Part shown: positions 16,724 through 19,793 of the stretch, one piece after another
How positions within the stretch are numbered: the stretch's first letter is position 1
Layout: every line of letters begins with the position of its first letter
Assembly (NCBI GenBank): GCA_046262595.1
Contig: JBHEMM010000039.1
Span: forward strand, 1 to 19,793
Source: Vulcanimicrobiaceae bacterium
GTDB lineage: Bacteria > Vulcanimicrobiota > Vulcanimicrobiia > Vulcanimicrobiales > Vulcanimicrobiaceae
Direction of reading: 5' to 3'
Length of the DNA stretch: 19,793 bases
Program-made: the position numbers and the translations under genes
Notes under the pieces: generated by a model
What the model was told of the DNA's origin: nothing
The model's database searches: none
Seen by the model: the letters and a program-made list of their open reading frames with translations, nothing else

Positions 16724-16752
16724 AAAGAAAAGGCCCGGCGATATGCCGGGCC
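16724..16752 (-). terminator. Intrinsic terminator after rpsM
   Basis: GGCCCGGC-AUAUC-GCCGGGCC (8-bp stem) followed by UUUUCUUU. Confidence 0.85.
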
Positions 16753-16783
16753 CATAACTGTCCATCCGTCTGTGTGGGAGGGC

Positions 16784-17170
16784 TTATTTCTTCGCGGCGA
16801 CCTTTTTCTTGTTGCCGACGGTCTTTTTCGGACCTTTGCGAGTGCGCGCGTTGGTCTTCGTGCGCTGGCCGCGCACGGGAAGGCCCCGCCGGTGACGAAT
16901 GCCGCGATAGCAGCCGATGTCCATCAACCGCTTGATGTGGCCGCCGACTTCGCGGCGCAAGTCGCCCTCGAGTTTGATCCCTTCGGCGTCGATTGCCTCG
17001 CGGATCTTCTTCTCATGCTCTTCGGTCAGCTCTCTGACGCGAAGGTCGGGGCTCAGACCGGCGCGCGCAAGGATGCGCTGCGAGGTGGGCAGGCCGATGC
17101 CGAAGATGTACGTGAGCGCGATCTCGATGCGCTTTTCGCGCGGAAGATCGATACCGGAAATACGTGCCAT
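16784..17170 (-). CDS. rpsM: 30S ribosomal protein S13
   Basis: [30 protein letters not shown] and [28 protein letters not shown]. Start ATG 17170. Confidence 0.98.
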   Translation of the reverse strand: MARISGIDLPREKRIEIALTYIFGIGLPTSQRILARAGLSPDLRVRELTEEHEKKIREAIDAEGIKLEGDLRREVGGHIKRLMDIGCYRGIRHRRGLPVRGQRTKTNARTRKGPKKTVGNKKKVAAKK

Positions 17171-17187
17171 ATTGTTATGCTTCCTCG

Positions 17188-17304
17188 TTATCCTTGCACT
17201 TGTTTGTGCTTGGGATTGACCTCGCAGATCACGCGCACTTTGCCTTCGCGGCGGATGATCTTGCATTTTTCACAGATTCTTTTGACGGACGGACGGACTT
17301 TCAT
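17188..17304 (-). CDS. rpmJ: 50S ribosomal protein L36 (zinc-binding type); too short for the ORF track
   Basis: Manual translation [38 protein letters not shown], located between infA and rpsM. Confidence 0.96.
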   Translation of the reverse strand: MKVRPSVKRICEKCKIIRREGKVRVICEVNPKHKQVQG

Positions 17305-17341
17305 GATCGATCACTTTCTTTTTCGAATAAGACCTTCGAGG

Positions 17342-17635
17342 CTACTTGTAGCGGTAGGTGATTCTGCCGTGGGTCAGATCGTACGGCGAGAGCTCTACCA
17401 GGACGCGGTCGCCGGGAAGGATGCGGATGAAGTTCATCCGGATCTTGCCCGACACATGGGCTAACACTTTGTGGCCGTTCGCGAGTTCCACCCGGAACAT
17501 GGCGTTTGGCAGCGGCTCGACGATCGTGCCTTCAACCTCAATCGCTTCTTCCTTAGGCGTCGCGCTCTGCGCCGCTTTCTCGGCTTTCTTGCGTGCACGG
17601 TCGGGACGCGGTTTGCCGCGCCGGCCTCTTGCCAT
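17342..17635 (-). CDS. infA: Translation initiation factor IF-1 with a basic N-terminal extension
   Basis: [36 protein letters not shown] and ELSPYDL..GRITYR. ATG 17635 with GGAG 8 nt upstream. Confidence 0.93.
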   Translation of the reverse strand: MARGRRGKPRPDRARKKAEKAAQSATPKEEAIEVEGTIVEPLPNAMFRVELANGHKVLAHVSGKIRMNFIRILPGDRVLVELSPYDLTHGRITYRYK

Positions 17636-17648
17636 TACTGCAGCTCCA

Positions 17649-18452
17649 TCAAGCGGCCATTTCCTCTTTCGGGGTGTATTTAGCGACATCGGGGTGTTCC
17701 CCGATGTTGCGCAGAGTCAGAATTTTGGGGCCGTCGTCCGTAATGGCAATGGTGTGCTCGAAGTGCGCTGCGAGTTTACCATCTGCCGTCACGACTGTCC
17801 AGCCGTCCTTAAGCGTGTTCACGGCATGATGCCCCTGCGTGATCATCGGCTCGATCGCTAAAACCAAGCCGTTGCGCAGTTCCAGCCCTGCGCCGGCCTT
17901 GCCGTAGTTGGGCACCTGCGGCTCCTCGTGCATCTTCGTTCCGACGCCGTGACCGACGAGTTCGCGGACAACGCCGTAGCCGCTTCGCTCCGCGTGCGTC
18001 TGGACAGCGTGACCGATGTCGCCTAGGCGCTTGCCGTCGAGCATCTGCGCGATGCCAAGCATCAAGCATTCCTGCGTCACGCTCATCAACCGCTTTGCAT
18101 TCTCGCTGACGTTCCCGATCGGCAGCGTGACCGCCGAATCGCTCACATATCCCTCGAACGTCGTTCCGATGTCGATCGAGAGCAGATCGCCTTCGCGCAG
18201 CAGTGCCTCGCCTGGGATACCGTGCACGATTTGCTCGTTCACGGAAGCGCAAATGGAGGCCGGGTAACCATGATAACCTTTGAATGTCGGCTCGCCGCCC
18301 ATGGCGCGAATGCCGCTTTCCGCCATCTCGTCGAGTGCCTTCGTCGTCATTCCCGGTTTCGCGGCACGCATTAAATCGCCGAGCACGCGCGCGGTGATTT
18401 TTCCGCTGCGGCGCATGGTTTCAATTTCGCGGGCCGATTTAATCGAAATCAT
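17649..18452 (-). CDS. map: Type I methionine aminopeptidase
   Basis: [46 protein letters not shown] and [11 protein letters not shown] overlap with adk. Confidence 0.96.
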   Translation of the reverse strand: MISIKSAREIETMRRSGKITARVLGDLMRAAKPGMTTKALDEMAESGIRAMGGEPTFKGYHGYPASICASVNEQIVHGIPGEALLREGDLLSIDIGTTFEGYVSDSAVTLPIGNVSENAKRLMSVTQECLMLGIAQMLDGKRLGDIGHAVQTHAERSGYGVVRELVGHGVGTKMHEEPQVPNYGKAGAGLELRNGLVLAIEPMITQGHHAVNTLKDGWTVVTADGKLAAHFEHTIAITDDGPKILTLRNIGEHPDVAKYTPKEEMAA

Positions 18453-19099
18453 ACCGCGCGGTCCCCGCCGATTTTTTCGACGATCTGCCGCGTGACGTCG
18501 TCCACGGGAGCCAGAGCGTTTACTTCAACGAGGTTGCCCGTCGAGCGGTAGTAATCCACCAGGGGCGCCGTTTGGCGTTCGTACACGTCCAGGCGCTTGC
18601 GCACCGTTTCCGGTTTGTCGTCTTCGCGCTGAATCAGTTCGCCGCCGTCTTCATCGCAGATGCGCGCGCGGCGCGGCGGATTCGTGACGGAATTGTACGA
18701 TTTCCCGGTGCGCGGGTTCGTCCAGCGGCCCGTCACGCGTGTAAATAAACTCTCGCGATCGGCGGAAAAAAGCACGACGCCGTCCAGCGTCATCTGCTTG
18801 TGCTGCAGCAGCGCATCGAACGCTTCAGCCTGGGCCACGGTGCGCGGAAAACCATCCATGATGAAACCTGCGCCGTTCTTTCCGAGCTCGGCTTCGATCA
18901 TTTTGATGATCACTTCATCGGGCACCAGCGCGCCGGCGATCATGTAGCTTTCCGCAAGCTTGCCAAGCTCCGTGCCTTTGGAGCGGTTCTCGCGCAAAAT
19001 GTCGCCCGTCGAGATCTGCTCGGCGCCAAAGCGCTCCTGCAGAATCTGCGCCTGCGTCCCCTTGCCCGCGCCCGGCGCGCCCAGGAAAATCAGCCGCAT
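18449..19099 (-). CDS. adk: Adenylate kinase
   Basis: GAPGAGKGTQA P-loop, ISTGDILR, LVPD, DGFPRTVAQA and QREDD; lies after secY. Confidence 0.97.
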   Translation of the reverse strand: MRLIFLGAPGAGKGTQAQILQERFGAEQISTGDILRENRSKGTELGKLAESYMIAGALVPDEVIIKMIEAELGKNGAGFIMDGFPRTVAQAEAFDALLQHKQMTLDGVVLFSADRESLFTRVTGRWTNPRTGKSYNSVTNPPRRARICDEDGGELIQREDDKPETVRKRLDVYERQTAPLVDYYRSTGNLVEVNALAPVDDVTRQIVEKIGGDRAV

Positions 19100-19115
19100 G
19101 AAGCCGGACCGGTCA

Positions 19116-19793
19116 TCAGCGCTTGATGAACCCGCGGTAATCGCGCATCGCTAAACGCGCTTCGATCTGCGTGATCGTGTCGAGCGCGACGCCGACGACG
19201 ATGAGCAGCGAGGTAGAACCCAGATAAAACGTAGTGACGGAAAGCCCCCGCTGCGCGATGCTCGGGACGACCGCGAGCAACCCGAGGTAAATTGCCGCAG
19301 CGGTCGTGATGCGAAGCAGAATGCGGTTGATGTATTCGATCGTCGGCTGGCCGGGGCGGATACCCGGAATGAACGACCCGCTCTTTTTGAGGTTGTCGGC
19401 GATGTCTTTCGTGTTCACGACGATAGCGCTGTAGAAGAACGTGAAGATCACGACGAGAAGGAAATACACGAGATTGTACAACGAGGAGTTCGGATTGAAG
19501 TATACCGCGAAAAAGTCCGACACGCCGGCCATGATGCCCACATGCGCGCCCTTGTTGAACCACGAGAGGGCTTGCTGGGGCAGCAGCAGCAGCGAAATCG
19601 CGAAAATGATCGAGATAACGCCGGCATTGTTCAAGCGCAGCGGAATATAGGTGGAGCGCCCCGCGAACATCTTGCGTCCGACCACGCGGCGTGCCTGCTG
19701 CACCGGTATGCGCCGCTGCCCTTGATAGAGAAAAATGATCGACACGATGACGCCCAGCGCGATGAGCACGTAGAGGATGATGTTGAGCGCAGA
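19116..19793 (-). CDS. secY: Preprotein translocase SecY (3' part; runs off the window edge)
   Basis: QRRIPVQ, YIPLRLNNAGVISIIFA, IADNLKKSGSFIPGIRPG and STSLLIVVGVALDT. Confidence 0.97.
   Translation of the reverse strand, partial: SALNIILYVLIALGVIVSIIFLYQGQRRIPVQQARRVVGRKMFAGRSTYIPLRLNNAGVISIIFAISLLLLPQQALSWFNKGAHVGIMAGVSDFFAVYFNPNSSLYNLVYFLLVVIFTFFYSAIVVNTKDIADNLKKSGSFIPGIRPGQPTIEYINRILLRITTAAAIYLGLLAVVPSIAQRGLSVTTFYLGSTSLLIVVGVALDTITQIEARLAMRDYRGFIKR

Noticed and set aside
16703..16765. Upstream ATG start for DUF72
   Set aside because: The extension spans the rpsM terminator; GTG 16702 has an SD and matches the family N-terminus.

Overview
High-GC bacterial chromosome window, mostly housekeeping genes on the minus strand. 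The gene set fits a diderm Terrabacteria lineage, possibly Eremiobacterota/Vulcanimicrobiota-like (inference only). From the right end in the direction of transcription: secY (partial)-adk-map-infA-rpmJ-rpsM, then an intrinsic terminator. A four-gene insert follows (DUF72, MobA-like NTP transferase, MFS transporter, and a secreted copper-amine-oxidase-N-terminal-domain/beta-barrel protein), closed by a second terminator. A separate sigma70 promoter and a ~180-nt structured leader then precede rpsK-rpsD-rpoA-rplQ, and trpDCFBA follows after only 31 nt. The left end holds lhgO (+), divergent from a P5C dehydrogenase, a NahK/APH-like kinase (probable CTG start and a 1-nt frameshift) and an RlmI-like methyltransferase. 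No mobile element, CRISPR array, tRNA or rRNA is visible. Most notable: the split alpha operon with a candidate new ribosomal leader RNA whose loops are complementary to downstream intergenic regions, trp genes attached to the alpha operon, an IF-1 with a basic N-terminal tail, and a possible outer-membrane tether protein.
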